A stretch of DNA of 34,769 nt from a virus (lineage: Duplodnaviria > Caudoviricetes). The position numbers and the translations under genes are program-made. Location of the stretch: the IMG/VR virus record IMGVR_UViG_3300025844_000496, positions 1-34,769 of that record; one strand, 5' to 3'. The stretch's first letter is position 1. Each line of letters opens with the position of its first letter. Of this stretch, positions 25,646-34,769 are shown piece by piece. The notes beneath the pieces are model-generated. The model saw only the letters and a program-made list of their open reading frames with translations. It was not told the origin of the DNA and made no database searches.

Positions 25646-26535
25646 GTGTCAGTCCCCGAGACGACGACAGAGCGGGTGCCGACATTGGCGCATTGCGTAA
25701 GGTCGATGACGACGTCGGCAGCGGGCGCGACCAGCGCGACGTTCTGGACGCCCGTGACATGCAAGGCGGCAGTGATTGCCGAGCGTGTGAGGTCGCGGCC
25801 CAGGCGGCGGTTGCTCGCAAGCAGATCGTCAAGCGCGGCGTTCGCAGCGGTCAGGATCAAGGTTTCGTCGGGGCCGGGGTAGAGGGTCAGCTGCGCGTCG
25901 ATCGCGACGTCGACGATGTCCGCGCCTTGCACCGTGACCTGGTCGGTCAGCGGGCGAACTTCATCATCGTCGAGCAACGACTGGACCGTGGCGACCAGCT
26001 GTGCAGGTGCGCTGCCATCGCCGCTGCGAGAGAGGACGGAAACGGTGACTTCGCCGGGGGCGGGGCTGATCGCGCTCGCATCGAGAACGTCGGCATCGGC
26101 GGACAGGGCGTGAAAGACATAGGCGCTGGCCGGGCCAGCCACGCTGAAGCTGTCTGGCGCGAGCAGCATGCGCCGCCGCAGCGCATCGTCATCCTCGAAA
26201 ACGGCGAGCGTACCGGCCTGTGCGTCGGCGGGCGCGATCTCCTGTCGCGCCACGCCGAGCAACGCTGCGAGATGGTCGAGATCCGGGCCTGCCGCATAGG
26301 CGACCAGCACCCGCCGCACCGCGTCATTGATGCGCGCCCGCAGGACCAGTTCGCGATAGGCCCCCGCTTCCAGCGCCTTGACGACGGGATCGCTTTCCAC
26401 GTTCGCGCTGAACTGCGGAAAGCGGGTGAGGAAGTCTGCCTTGCGCGCGGCGAATATCGTTTCGAAGTCGAGATCTTCGATGACGTCCGGCGGCGGCAGG
26501 CGCGACAGATCAACGGAAGATGCGGCGGCAGTCAT
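25642..26535 (-). CDS. J: Baseplate protein gpJ
   Basis: DLSRLPPPDVIEDLDFE, ESDP, SVAGP..AY.FHA, VRPLTD. Confidence 0.95.
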   Translation of the reverse strand: MTAAASSVDLSRLPPPDVIEDLDFETIFAARKADFLTRFPQFSANVESDPVVKALEAGAYRELVLRARINDAVRRVLVAYAAGPDLDHLAALLGVARQEIAPADAQAGTLAVFEDDDALRRRMLLAPDSFSVAGPASAYVFHALSADADVLDASAISPAPGEVTVSVLSRSGDGSAPAQLVATVQSLLDDDEVRPLTDQVTVQGADIVDVAIDAQLTLYPGPDETLILTAANAALDDLLASNRRLGRDLTRSAITAALHVTGVQNVALVAPAADVVIDLTQCANVGTRSVVVSGTDT

Positions 26536-26582
26536 GCCATGTCGACTGCCCGATGGATTTCCCGCGCGTAAGTCGGGCGAGT

Positions 26583-26601
26583 GGTGAAAGCGGATTTGAC
26601 C
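26583..26601. promoter_or_regulatory. Late-promoter palindrome upstream of J
   Basis: GGTGAAA-GCGGA-TTTGACC. Confidence 0.65.
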
Positions 26602-26626
26602 GGGCCTCGCGGCCGGAGCGCCGCAA

Positions 26627-27109
26627 TTAGTCCCGGTCGATCAGGTCCGCTGCAATGTCGATCGCCAGCTGATCGTCCCCCTTGCCGAAGCCGAGCAGGC
26701 GGCGTTCGGGGTATCGGGTGAAAATCTTTCTGCCATCGGGTCCGCGCCCGACGAAGCCTTTTTTGCCGAAGTGATGCACCTCGGGGATGTTCGACCGGCC
26801 CTTAGGCGAAAGCTCCACGCTGTCGACCCGTGCCTTTACCTGCCAGCGGCGGGCATAGCGCAGCTTGCGGAACATCTTGCCGCCCGCTTTGCTGCGCACG
26901 CGTCCGCGCCGATCGAGGCGGGACTTGCGCTTGTCCATCGGGCTGCCGTCGGGTTCCACGTTGTCCTTGATCCGCGCAAGGTTCGATCGGCGGAGCGCCT
27001 GCCCGAGCTTCAGTGCCGCGCGTTTGCGCTTGGCCGGGCACAGCCCGCGCAGGACGTCTGCCAGCCACGGGTCGAGCCCCGACAGCGCATCGGAATCATA
27101 GTGGGACAT
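26627..27109 (-). CDS. S: Virion morphogenesis protein gpS
   Basis: RIKDNVEPDGSP, MFRKL, VHHFG, YPERRLLG. Confidence 0.9.
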   Translation of the reverse strand: MSHYDSDALSGLDPWLADVLRGLCPAKRKRAALKLGQALRRSNLARIKDNVEPDGSPMDKRKSRLDRRGRVRSKAGGKMFRKLRYARRWQVKARVDSVELSPKGRSNIPEVHHFGKKGFVGRGPDGRKIFTRYPERRLLGFGKGDDQLAIDIAADLIDRD

Positions 27110-27111
27110 GG

Positions 27112-27594
27112 TCAGCCGCCATCGGCGACGATCGCATCGACGCCCGCCAGCGGCGTCGTGCCGTCCAGCCCTTCGACCGGCGCGTCGCTGGCGAACATGG
27201 GATCGGGTTCGGGCAGGTAATCGATCGCCCAGCTTTCGTCGGGATTGCGGGCGACCGAGACGCTTTCAGTCAGGTCGATCGTGAACAGGATGTCGGCGGT
27301 GCCGTTGTCGAGGATGTCCGTCTCGAACTTGTAGGAATCGCCCGCGCCACCCGCCAGCAGATCGGGCTGGTTGGCGCGCAGCCAGCGATTGATCGCATGG
27401 ACTACAATCGCGATGTCGGTCTTTTCCTCGCGCAGCAGGATCGACAGCGGATAATGGAACGCGAAGGAGTGGCTTTCGGTCTGGCGCACGCGAACCGCGC
27501 CGTCCTCGATCCAGATCGCCAGGCGATCGGGCGTGGAGCGGATCGAGGGTAGCGCGGCATGAAGTGCTTTGCGAAGGCTGGCGGGTTTCTGCAT
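27112..27594 (-). CDS. R: Tail completion protein gpR
   Basis: MQKPASLRKAL, WLRANQPDLL, IDLTESV. Confidence 0.92.
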   Translation of the reverse strand: MQKPASLRKALHAALPSIRSTPDRLAIWIEDGAVRVRQTESHSFAFHYPLSILLREEKTDIAIVVHAINRWLRANQPDLLAGGAGDSYKFETDILDNGTADILFTIDLTESVSVARNPDESWAIDYLPEPDPMFASDAPVEGLDGTTPLAGVDAIVADGG

Positions 27595-27606
27595 TGCTGG
27601 ATCCGC

Positions 27607-27822
27607 CTAATCCCACAGGTTGACGACATCGCGCTTCGGCGGCGCGCTGGCGGCTTGTGCGGCGAGCGTGAGGTCTACCCTCGTTCCGCCCGGCAGCTGG
27701 GCGCCGTGGTCGGCCAAGCCGGGGTTTGCGTCATAGACCTGTTCGGTGATCGCCGCGGTGCGCCCGAGCACACGCCAGACCAGAGCGTCGAGAGTTTCGC
27801 CATCCTGCGCCGTGGCGATCAT
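27607..27822 (-). CDS. X: Tail protein gpX (LysM-like)
   Basis: GETLDALVWR, ANPGLA, VNLWD. Confidence 0.92.
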   Translation of the reverse strand: MIATAQDGETLDALVWRVLGRTAAITEQVYDANPGLADHGAQLPGGTRVDLTLAAQAASAPPKRDVVNLWD

Positions 27823-28319
27823 ATCAGCTCCACCCGGTTGCGGCCGACCGCGTCACCTTCCTTCGCGCCGATCTTCATCAGGTCGGCGACGGCTTCGTAG
27901 GCCTTGCGGCGATAGGTGTCGGCAGTGGCGCGCTTTTCTTCTTCCCGATCGAGCGCGTCGTCGGTCGCGGCGACATCGGTGTGCCCGTCCATCAGCTCGG
28001 CGGCGGCATAGAACAGGACGATCCGGCCCCACAGAAGATTGGCCAGGTTCTCTCCCGCAACGGTTCGGGTGGTGACGGCCTCGAGATTCGCGACCCCGGC
28101 ATTCCGGTGCATCGTCTGCCAGTCGGCCAAGGCGTCGAGCCCGGCAAGGATGCCGGCGACGACCGCTTCGGTAAGCCGCGCATTGGTCACCGCCCCATCG
28201 CCGATGCGGACCTTTTCGCGCACCGCGTCGGTATCGATGCCGGGGAACCAGTCATCCGCCGCGACGATCGGGCCGTCGGGTGCGGCTGCATTATCGGGTG
28301 GTGCGGTCAGTCCAGCCAC
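27819..28319 (-). CDS. L: Head completion protein gpL
   Basis: WFPGID, VTNARL, C-terminal VELI; between M and X. Confidence 0.85.
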   Translation of the reverse strand: MAGLTAPPDNAAAPDGPIVAADDWFPGIDTDAVREKVRIGDGAVTNARLTEAVVAGILAGLDALADWQTMHRNAGVANLEAVTTRTVAGENLANLLWGRIVLFYAAAELMDGHTDVAATDDALDREEEKRATADTYRRKAYEAVADLMKIGAKEGDAVGRNRVELI

Positions 28320-28328
28320 GGTCGGGTC

Positions 28329-28544
28329 CTAGATTTCCCGGCAAGTGGGGGGTGAGACCGGGCACGAGCGGGTAGGGCATGCGCCCCGCCGATCGGACCG
28401 ATCGCCCCCCAGCGCCGTGGGGCGTTCCGGAATCAGCAATGCGAGAGCAACAGCCAAAAACACGCATGAGGCGGCGAACAGAGCGAGGCGGCGGCTATCC
28501 GCGCGTTTCTCTTCGCGCGTGATCTCAGTCGGCGGGATCGCCAT
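28329..28544 (-). CDS. Possible small membrane protein between M and L
   Basis: GGGA upstream of ATG 28544; one TM helix; 3' part overlaps a stem-loop. Confidence 0.4.
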   Translation of the reverse strand: MAIPPTEITREEKRADSRRLALFAASCVFLAVALALLIPERPTALGGDRSDRRGACPTRSCPVSPPTCREI

Positions 28545-29274
28545 TTCCCTGACTTTCCTGCAGCTTGGCGAGACGGCGGTCGAGCTGTTCGATGTCCTTC
28601 TTGACGCCCGCTTTCTTGTCGAGCGTGAGCGCGCGGCGGAGCTGGTCGAGCGCGGCGGAAACGTAGGCCGCCTCACCCCCGGCAGGGGCGCTGTCGTCGC
28701 TCGCATCGAAAGCGTCCGCCTTCGCGCGCCAGGCGCGGCCCAGCGCCTTGTGCAGCTTCGCCTTCGCAGCGTCTGGCATGTCGGCATCGGCAGTGAGCGA
28801 ATCGATTTTCACGAGAAGCGGCAGATCGACCGCGTCGGAATCCGCGATCGCGATCTCGGCGATATCTTCGCGCAGGAAGCACGCCACGCTGCGCTTGTAG
28901 CGTTCTGGCATCGACATGCCGTGGCGCAGCGCGAATTCGCCGATCTCGACCGCACGTTCGAACTCGCCGATGTCGATCGACCAGACGAGGCTGGTCATCA
29001 CGATCTCGTCCTCGACCGGCTTGTCGGCCTCGATCACGCCATCGACCCACGGCGCGAAGTCCTTCACAAACTGCGCCTTCATGGGGATGCGTGCTTCGTG
29101 GCTTTCCACGTCCTGAAGTTGGCGCAGCTGATCGTGCAGGCGGACCTTCAGCCCGGCATATTCCTGACCGGTCGCGCTCTTTTCGTCGCGCGGCTTGGGC
29201 ATGTGCGCGGTCGCCGCTTCGCCCGACTGTGCGGCCAGCTTGCGCTGGCGGTTGCGAAGGAAGGGACTGGTCAT
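28525..29274 (-). CDS. M: Terminase small subunit gpM
   Basis: MTSPF start with GGAG RBS; W.IDIGEF..A, DMPD...AKLHKALG, GVKKDIE. Confidence 0.92.
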   Translation of the reverse strand: MTSPFLRNRQRKLAAQSGEAATAHMPKPRDEKSATGQEYAGLKVRLHDQLRQLQDVESHEARIPMKAQFVKDFAPWVDGVIEADKPVEDEIVMTSLVWSIDIGEFERAVEIGEFALRHGMSMPERYKRSVACFLREDIAEIAIADSDAVDLPLLVKIDSLTADADMPDAAKAKLHKALGRAWRAKADAFDASDDSAPAGGEAAYVSAALDQLRRALTLDKKAGVKKDIEQLDRRLAKLQESQGNGDPAD

Positions 29275-29358
29275 CAGCGGGGGCTCCTGCAGCGTGGAGG
29301 AAAATTGCGGGGCGATGACGGGACGCACGGCAGGTGCGCCCCTGTCCATCAGGTCGGG

Positions 29359-30495
29359 TTAGGCGGGATCCGGGCGGTCCGGTGCCGCGCCGATCACGAT
29401 ATTCTCGACCAGCACCGCCAGCTGGTATTCCTCGACCACGTAGGCCTCGTTGACCGATTCATAGTTCGCGATGCGATCATATTCGGGCTCGTCGACCAGG
29501 CGACGGCGGCGGCTGCCTTCCTGCCAGTAGATCGACAGGTTGGAGAGCTTGGTGATCAGGATCGAATTCGCGGGGAAGCCGCTGACGCGGTAGGCCTGCA
29601 GACCGCCGAGCATCTTGGTGGAAGCGAGGATGCGGTCGGTCGCTTCCTGCTCGGTCGCGGTCGCGCCGGTCTTCTGCGCGATGTTGAAATACTTGTCGTC
29701 AAGCAGGTCATGCCCGACGATCACGACCAGGTCGGTATCGCCGCGATGGCGTTCATGGATGCCGCGCTTGGCGTCCAGCACCAGCGCATCGAGCGAGGCA
29801 TAGTCGGCGTCGGCATCGGTCGCATTGTCGAGCGATTCGTCGAACAGGGTCGCGCCATCCTTCACGTAGATCGCCTTGAGCGCGGCGTTGTCAGTGCCGT
29901 CGCTTTCGACCGTGAGGGCGCCATCGTCCATCACCTGCGCAGGCGCATCGGTGCGGATCTTGTGCAGCCACCCGAGGTTGACGTCCTGCAGCAGCGGATT
30001 GGCGACGCGATCGGTGTCGGCTGCCGCGCTGGTGCCGTGGAAGCCGATGATGATCCGGTCCTGCGCCTGCTGCGCGAGAATGTCGTCGCGCACCAGCGTC
30101 TGGAAATTCGGGCGGTGGGCCCAGGCGTCGAGCAGGGCGTAGCGCATCGACCAGTCGAAATTGGTCTTCTTGCACAGGTAGCGATGCTTCTCGTTCGCGT
30201 TGCCGACAGCCTGCGGATCGCGGCGGGTGCCGTCGCTGGTGTCGGTCCGGCCGGCGAGCGACTTGGACACGCCGACGCCCAGCACCGCGCCTTCCTGCTC
30301 GCTCACCGGGATGACGTTGACCATCTGCAAGAATTCGCTCGACGCGCGCAGGCGATCTTCGAGCTTCTGTTCGACGTTGGGCGAGACGTTGAACTTCGAA
30401 GTCCCCTTTTCCGGGTCGGCAGGGGTGGAGAGGCCGTTGATCAGGGCGATCTGCGAAACGAAGGCCGCGAACTTCAGGCGGGTGGCGGTTTTCAT
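29359..30495 (-). CDS. N: Major capsid protein gpN
   Basis: FNVSP, SSEFL, LDAWA, IGFHG, NPLLQDVN.GWL, NLSIYWQ, YESVNEAYVVE. Confidence 0.96.
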   Translation of the reverse strand: MKTATRLKFAAFVSQIALINGLSTPADPEKGTSKFNVSPNVEQKLEDRLRASSEFLQMVNVIPVSEQEGAVLGVGVSKSLAGRTDTSDGTRRDPQAVGNANEKHRYLCKKTNFDWSMRYALLDAWAHRPNFQTLVRDDILAQQAQDRIIIGFHGTSAAADTDRVANPLLQDVNLGWLHKIRTDAPAQVMDDGALTVESDGTDNAALKAIYVKDGATLFDESLDNATDADADYASLDALVLDAKRGIHERHRGDTDLVVIVGHDLLDDKYFNIAQKTGATATEQEATDRILASTKMLGGLQAYRVSGFPANSILITKLSNLSIYWQEGSRRRRLVDEPEYDRIANYESVNEAYVVEEYQLAVLVENIVIGAAPDRPDPA

Positions 30496-30559
30496 CGGGT
30501 CGGTTCCTTAAGCGAAGCGGGTGCGGGGCTTTGCTCGGGTGGATGCGGGTTTGGGTGGA

Positions 30560-31396
30560 TCAGCAGTCGGTCTTTTCGTCGGCGTTGCCGGTGGCTGCGG
30601 GTCGGGCGGTGTGGCTCTGCGCGGGCGTGGCCTCGATCGTCTTGTCGATGCGGGTGACCTTTACCGAAAGCGCGTCGATCTCTTCGCGGTAGCGCGCGTC
30701 GAGCTTGCCGATTTCGTCGGCGCAAAGCTGGCCCAGTTCGGTCAGCATCGGCTGCAGATCGGTGATGTTGAAGGCATCCGTTTCGTCGTCGCCATTCTTG
30801 GAGGCTGGCTTTTCGACGGGTTTTCCACCGCCGAGCTTGCCCAGCTTTTCGTCGAGCATCGCGCCGAAGCGTTGGATGAAATTCTGGCCGGTGGCGTCGC
30901 CGGTCCCGGCGTCCGCGAATTCGAGCAGGGCCGCTTCGTCGCGCGACAGCGTGATCGCGTCGGGCAGGCTGCGGTTGAACTTCAGGCGTTCGGTTGCGAT
31001 CGAGGCCGGACTGTCGGTCAGCGCGACGCCCACCAGGTAGCAGTAGCCCTTGCCGCCGAAGTTCGGATGGATTTCGACCGAGGGATAGACCTTCTGCCCC
31101 GCGTCGTTCAGCTGCTTGGCGTCGTCGGTGACGTCGAAGGTGCCGAACAGACCCAGGCGCTTTTCGGTCTCGCCGTTGAAGTTGACGTCGACCTCGCCGG
31201 TCGAAAGCTCCAGGACATCGCCATAGGCGCGGAACGGGCCTTCGGTGCCGAGCCCGCGAATATGCTCGATATTGAGCCGTGCGCCGTAGGTCTTCGGATC
31301 ATAGCTCGACGCCATCTGCTTGATGTCGTTTTCATCGATCGTGCGGCTGTCGACGGTGGAACCGGCGGTGGCGAGCAGGAAAGGCTTGGTCTTCAT
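30560..31396 (-). CDS. O: Capsid scaffolding protein gpO
   Basis: G.TVD.R.I, YDPKTYGARLNIEH, YGDV, GVALTDSPAS. Confidence 0.94.
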   Translation of the reverse strand: MKTKPFLLATAGSTVDSRTIDENDIKQMASSYDPKTYGARLNIEHIRGLGTEGPFRAYGDVLELSTGEVDVNFNGETEKRLGLFGTFDVTDDAKQLNDAGQKVYPSVEIHPNFGGKGYCYLVGVALTDSPASIATERLKFNRSLPDAITLSRDEAALLEFADAGTGDATGQNFIQRFGAMLDEKLGKLGGGKPVEKPASKNGDDETDAFNITDLQPMLTELGQLCADEIGKLDARYREEIDALSVKVTRIDKTIEATPAQSHTARPAATGNADEKTDC

Positions 31397-31505
31397 GGCG
31401 TTGTCGGCTCCAAGGTCGCTGCGCCGTGCCTGGCGCGTTCATCGCGGAAAGATTGCTGAGCGCACTAAGGCCCCCGAAGCGCGCATTCATGCAACGCCGC
31501 GCGCG

Positions 31506-31524
31506 GGTGAAACCGCATTCCACC
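31506..31524. promoter_or_regulatory. Late-promoter palindrome shared by divergent O and P operons
   Basis: GGTGAAA-CCGCA-TTCCACC. Confidence 0.7.
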
Positions 31525-31573
31525 ACGCCGGGCGATAGACCGCCGCCCAACAGCGGGGTGCATGGCGAATGCC

Positions 31574-33462
31574 ATGCAACTGCTACCCGCCCACGCCGGC
31601 CAGACCGAACTGACCGCCGCCTACCTTCAGCGGCAGGCGCGCTCGCTCTATTGGCGCGGGTGGCCGCTCGCAGATATCCAGCGCGAACTTGGCATCCCGA
31701 AATATCAAACCCTCGCCAGCTGGAAACGGCGCGGCAAATGGGACGATGCGAGCCCGCGCCAGATCATCGAAGACCGGATCGAGGCGAAGATCGCGAGCTA
31801 TCTGGACCGCGACGACTTCAACGAAGGGCACATGAAGCGCGTCGATTTCCTGATGCGCCAGATGGAACGATCGGCTCGCATCGCGAAATACGAAGGGAGC
31901 GGGAGGGAAGGCGATCTCAACCCCAAGATCGCGCGGCGCAACGATGACGCGGCACAGGCCAAGCGCGACGAAAAGCGCAAGAATTTCCTCAGCCGAGAGC
32001 AGTGGCAGGCGCTGCTCGACGACTTCCACGACAAGAATTTCGCCTACCAGGCGGGGTGGTGGGAACAGCGGGACCAGCGCACGCGCAAAATCCTCAAATC
32101 CCGCCAGATGGGCGCGACCTGGTATTTCGCGCGCGAGGCGGTGGCGAAGATCGCCGAGGCGGTGCTGGCCGGGGAACAGCCGCGCAACCAGATATTCCTT
32201 TCGGCGTCGAAACGGCAGGCGCTGAAATTCAAGCGCGAAATCGTGAGCTGGGTGAAGCGGGTCTGCGATGTGGACCTCGCAGGCGATCCGATCATGATCG
32301 ACTTTGGCGGGCTGACCGACGACGCCGGTGATCCGCTCTCGCTCGACATGGTCGGCCTCTATCCGATCTCGACCAATTCGAACACGGCGCAGGGTGAAAG
32401 CGGCGACTTCTACTTCGATGAATTCTTCTGGGTCCACGGCTTTGCCCAGCTGCGCAAGGTCGCCGCGGCAATGGCGACGCACAAGATCTACAAGCGGACC
32501 TATTTCTCGACGCCATCGACGAAAACGCACGAAGCCTACGCCTTCTGGTCGGGCGAGGAATGGAACTCGGGCAAAGCCAAGGCCAAGCAACGCGCCTTCG
32601 ATACCAGCCACAAGAACCTGAAGACCGGCGGGATCATGCCCGATGGCAGCTGGTCCCAGGTTGTTACGCTGGAAGACGCAATCGCGGGCGGGCTCGGCGC
32701 GCTGGTGGACATCGACGAACTGCGCGAGGAATCGAGCGAAGACGAATTCCGCAACCTTTACCAATGCGAATTCGTCGACGATGCGGCCAGCAGCTTCCCT
32801 TGGGCGCGGCTCGCCCCCGCGCGGGTCGACAGCTTCTTCAAATGGCGCGATTTCCAGCCCGCGCTGCTCGATATCCCCGGCGGGCGCCCGTTTGCCGATG
32901 CGCCGGTGTGGATCGGGTACGATCCGAACAAGCAGGGCCGCGACGATGCCGCGCTGGCGGTGGTCGCGCCGCCCGATCGGCCGGGCGGCAAATTGCGGGT
33001 GCTCGCGAAGTTCCGGCTCAACGATCTCGATTTCCAGGGGCAGGCCGACTTCATCAGAAAGATTGCGGGACACTTCAACGTCACCGACATCGCGATCGAC
33101 ACGACGGGGCATGGCCGCGCGGTCTTCGAACTGGTCAAGCACTGGTTCCCGACCGTTCGCTCGATCGAATATTCGATCGCCACGAAGACCGCTTTGGTGA
33201 TCAAGGGGCAGTCGCTGTTCCGCGCGGGCCGGGTCGAATTCGACGCCGGATGGACCACGTAATGCAGGCATTCATGGCAATCCGCCCGGCGCTGACCGGC
33301 AGCGGCAAGGGTGTCACCTACGTCGCCGGACGCAATGGCCAGATCGGGCACGCGGACATCGCCTGGGCCATTCTGCACGCTTTTTCGAACGAACCGCTCG
33401 ACGTTGCCGCCGCCGCCGAGAGCGCGGGCATGGCGCAGGCGGTGTTCTCCGATGACGACTGA
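31574..33462 (+). pseudogene. P: Terminase large subunit gpP, frameshifted near 33256 (real lesion or sequence error); alternative start 31562
   Basis: LKSRQMGATWYFAREA, YFDEFFW, IGYDP in the first frame; stop at 33262; conserved FMAIR...HADIAWA.LHA..NEPL continues in another frame to 33462. Confidence 0.85.
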
Positions 33463-33484
33463 TCCGATGAAAGGAACCGACCCG

Positions 33485-34591
33485 ATGCCCGAGCAGACCT
33501 TGCCCAGCGCAACCCGAGACGACGTGAGCCCTGCAGGCGGGCCGATGGCCTTCAGCTTCGGCGACGCCGAAAGCGTCCTCGATCGGCGCGAGCTGACCGA
33601 GTATTTCGAGATCTATCATAACGGGCGCTGGTTCGAACCGCCGCTGCCGATGGACCGGCTGTGTCAGGTGTTCAACATGGCACCGCATCATCGCAGCGCG
33701 ATCGGGCTGAAGGTCAACCTTCTGACCGGGCACCAGGTGGCGACCGACCAGCTATCGAGCGACGATTTCGAGCGGTTCGCGCTCGACTTCATCCAGATGG
33801 GCAATGGCTACCTCGAAGACATTCCGAACCTGCGCGGGCGCACCGCTCGGGCGAAGCACGCGCCAGCGCGCCACATGCGCGCGCCGAAGGGGGAGGGCGG
33901 GTTTTTCTTCGTCGGGACCGGGCTCGGCATTCAGCAGGAGCACCAGTTTGCGCCCGGCGCGATCTTCCAGCTTCAGCAGCCCGACGTCGCGCAGGAAATC
34001 TATGGCCTGCCCGAATGGCTGTCGGCCCTGCAATCCGGGCTGCTCAACGAAAACGCCACGCTGTTCCGCCGCCGCTATTACCTCAACGGCGCGCATGCCG
34101 GCTTTATCCTCTACGTAAACGATGCTTTCGCCGACCAGGAAACGGCGAAAAAGGTCGCCGAGCGGATGAAATCGGCCAAGGGCGTCGGGAACTTCAAGAA
34201 CCTGTTTCTCTACATGCCCGGTGGCAGGAAGGACGGCGTCCAGGTGCTGCCGATCGCCGATGTCGCCGCGAAGGACGAATTTTCGGGCGTGAAGAATATC
34301 AGCCGCGACGACATGCTCGCTGCCCATCGCGTGCCACCCCAGCTGATCGGGATCGTGCCGACGAACACGGGTGGCTTCGGGAAGGTCGGCGAAGCACTCG
34401 ACACGTTCTACCAGATCGAGATCACGCCGATCATGCGGCGGATGCGGGCGATGAACGATTTCTTCGGCGCCGAGATCCTGCGGTTCGACAATTACAGCTG
34501 CAGCGACGGCCAGTCCGAAATCACGCCCGAAGGTAAACGAGTGCCGCGGCAGGATGATGCAGCGTCTCGCACGCCTAATCGAGCCTCCTGA
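33485..34591 (+). CDS. Q: Portal protein gpQ (PBSX family)
   Basis: AFSFGD, YGLPEW, LNENATLFRRRYY.NGAHAG, AHRVPPQL; AAAGGA RBS before ATG 33485. Confidence 0.95.
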   Translation: MPEQTLPSATRDDVSPAGGPMAFSFGDAESVLDRRELTEYFEIYHNGRWFEPPLPMDRLCQVFNMAPHHRSAIGLKVNLLTGHQVATDQLSSDDFERFALDFIQMGNGYLEDIPNLRGRTARAKHAPARHMRAPKGEGGFFFVGTGLGIQQEHQFAPGAIFQLQQPDVAQEIYGLPEWLSALQSGLLNENATLFRRRYYLNGAHAGFILYVNDAFADQETAKKVAERMKSAKGVGNFKNLFLYMPGGRKDGVQVLPIADVAAKDEFSGVKNISRDDMLAAHRVPPQLIGIVPTNTGGFGKVGEALDTFYQIEITPIMRRMRAMNDFFGAEILRFDNYSCSDGQSEITPEGKRVPRQDDAASRTPNRAS

Positions 34592-34769
34592 TCTCCCCAT
34601 CGGGCAGCCGTTCGCGCAGAAAGGTCGCCTCGCCCATCATCGCGCGAAGCTCGTTCGCAATCGCGGCGATCCTCTCGGATGACATCGTCGGGCGGATGGC
34701 GCGGCGCGTGCCGGCGATCTCGCGTTCATCATCATCGACCAGGTAGAGGCTGGGGCCGTGGTGGGGCAT
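34575..34769 (-). CDS. Hypothetical protein (64 aa or longer; at window edge)
   Basis: ORF convergent with the portal gene; upstream context not visible. Confidence 0.45.
   Translation of the reverse strand: MPHHGPSLYLVDDDEREIAGTRRAIRPTMSSERIAAIANELRAMMGEATFLRERLPDGEIRRLD

Larger units (their letters stand above)
1..34769. mobile_element. P2-like prophage integrated at tRNA-Met; right end not in window
   Basis: Integrase at a tRNA 3' end, CI/Cro switch, Ogr-like activator, and recognisable P2-type Q,P,O,N,M,L,X,R,S,J,I,H,V,W,FI,FII,E,T,U,D homologues. Confidence 0.96.

Noticed and set aside
28345-30657. Long + strand ORFs (770 aa here, also 14864..16165, 16023..17588, 21872..23419) and the - strand ORF 31583..33271
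   Set aside because: Antisense shadows of well-supported genes, expected in high-GC DNA
33250-33262. Programmed frameshift in terminase
   Set aside because: No X XXY YYZ heptamer or homopolymer; a simple 1-nt deletion explains it
34592-34769. cos site or right att site
   Set aside because: No P2-like cos or second tRNA-Met fragment visible; probably beyond the window
1-34769. CRISPR array or IS element
   Set aside because: No regularly spaced repeats or transposase-like ORFs seen

Overview
The whole window is most of one temperate P2-like (contractile-tail) prophage from a high-GC host, probably an alphaproteobacterium (sphingomonad-like; inferred). The left end is the 3' half of a tRNA-Met(CAT) gene. 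It is overlapped antisense by the C-terminus of a large serine recombinase, which also contains a terminator for the tRNA. Next comes a leftward early operon, largely coupled by overlapping start/stop codons: Cro-like, CII-like, Ogr-like, primase/helicase, HD hydrolase, Gp37/Gp68 radical SAM protein, DNA amino-methyltransferase, small ORFs and the integrase. A lambda-like CI/Cro switch carries four operator-like palindromes. The P2-type virion gene set is complete but rearranged, with a second tail spike and a relocated lysis cassette. Three 19-bp palindromes mark the late promoters. The terminase large subunit has an apparent 1-nt deletion. The most unusual region is a rightward insert between baseplate genes W and V (about 17770-19230): a roughly 300-nt highly base-paired non-coding leader with riboswitch-like motifs, a 33-aa hydrophobic peptide, a terminator and a lower-GC HEPN-like gene. 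The cos site and right att site were not seen and probably lie beyond the window. All protein assignments come from motif recognition and synteny, not database searches.
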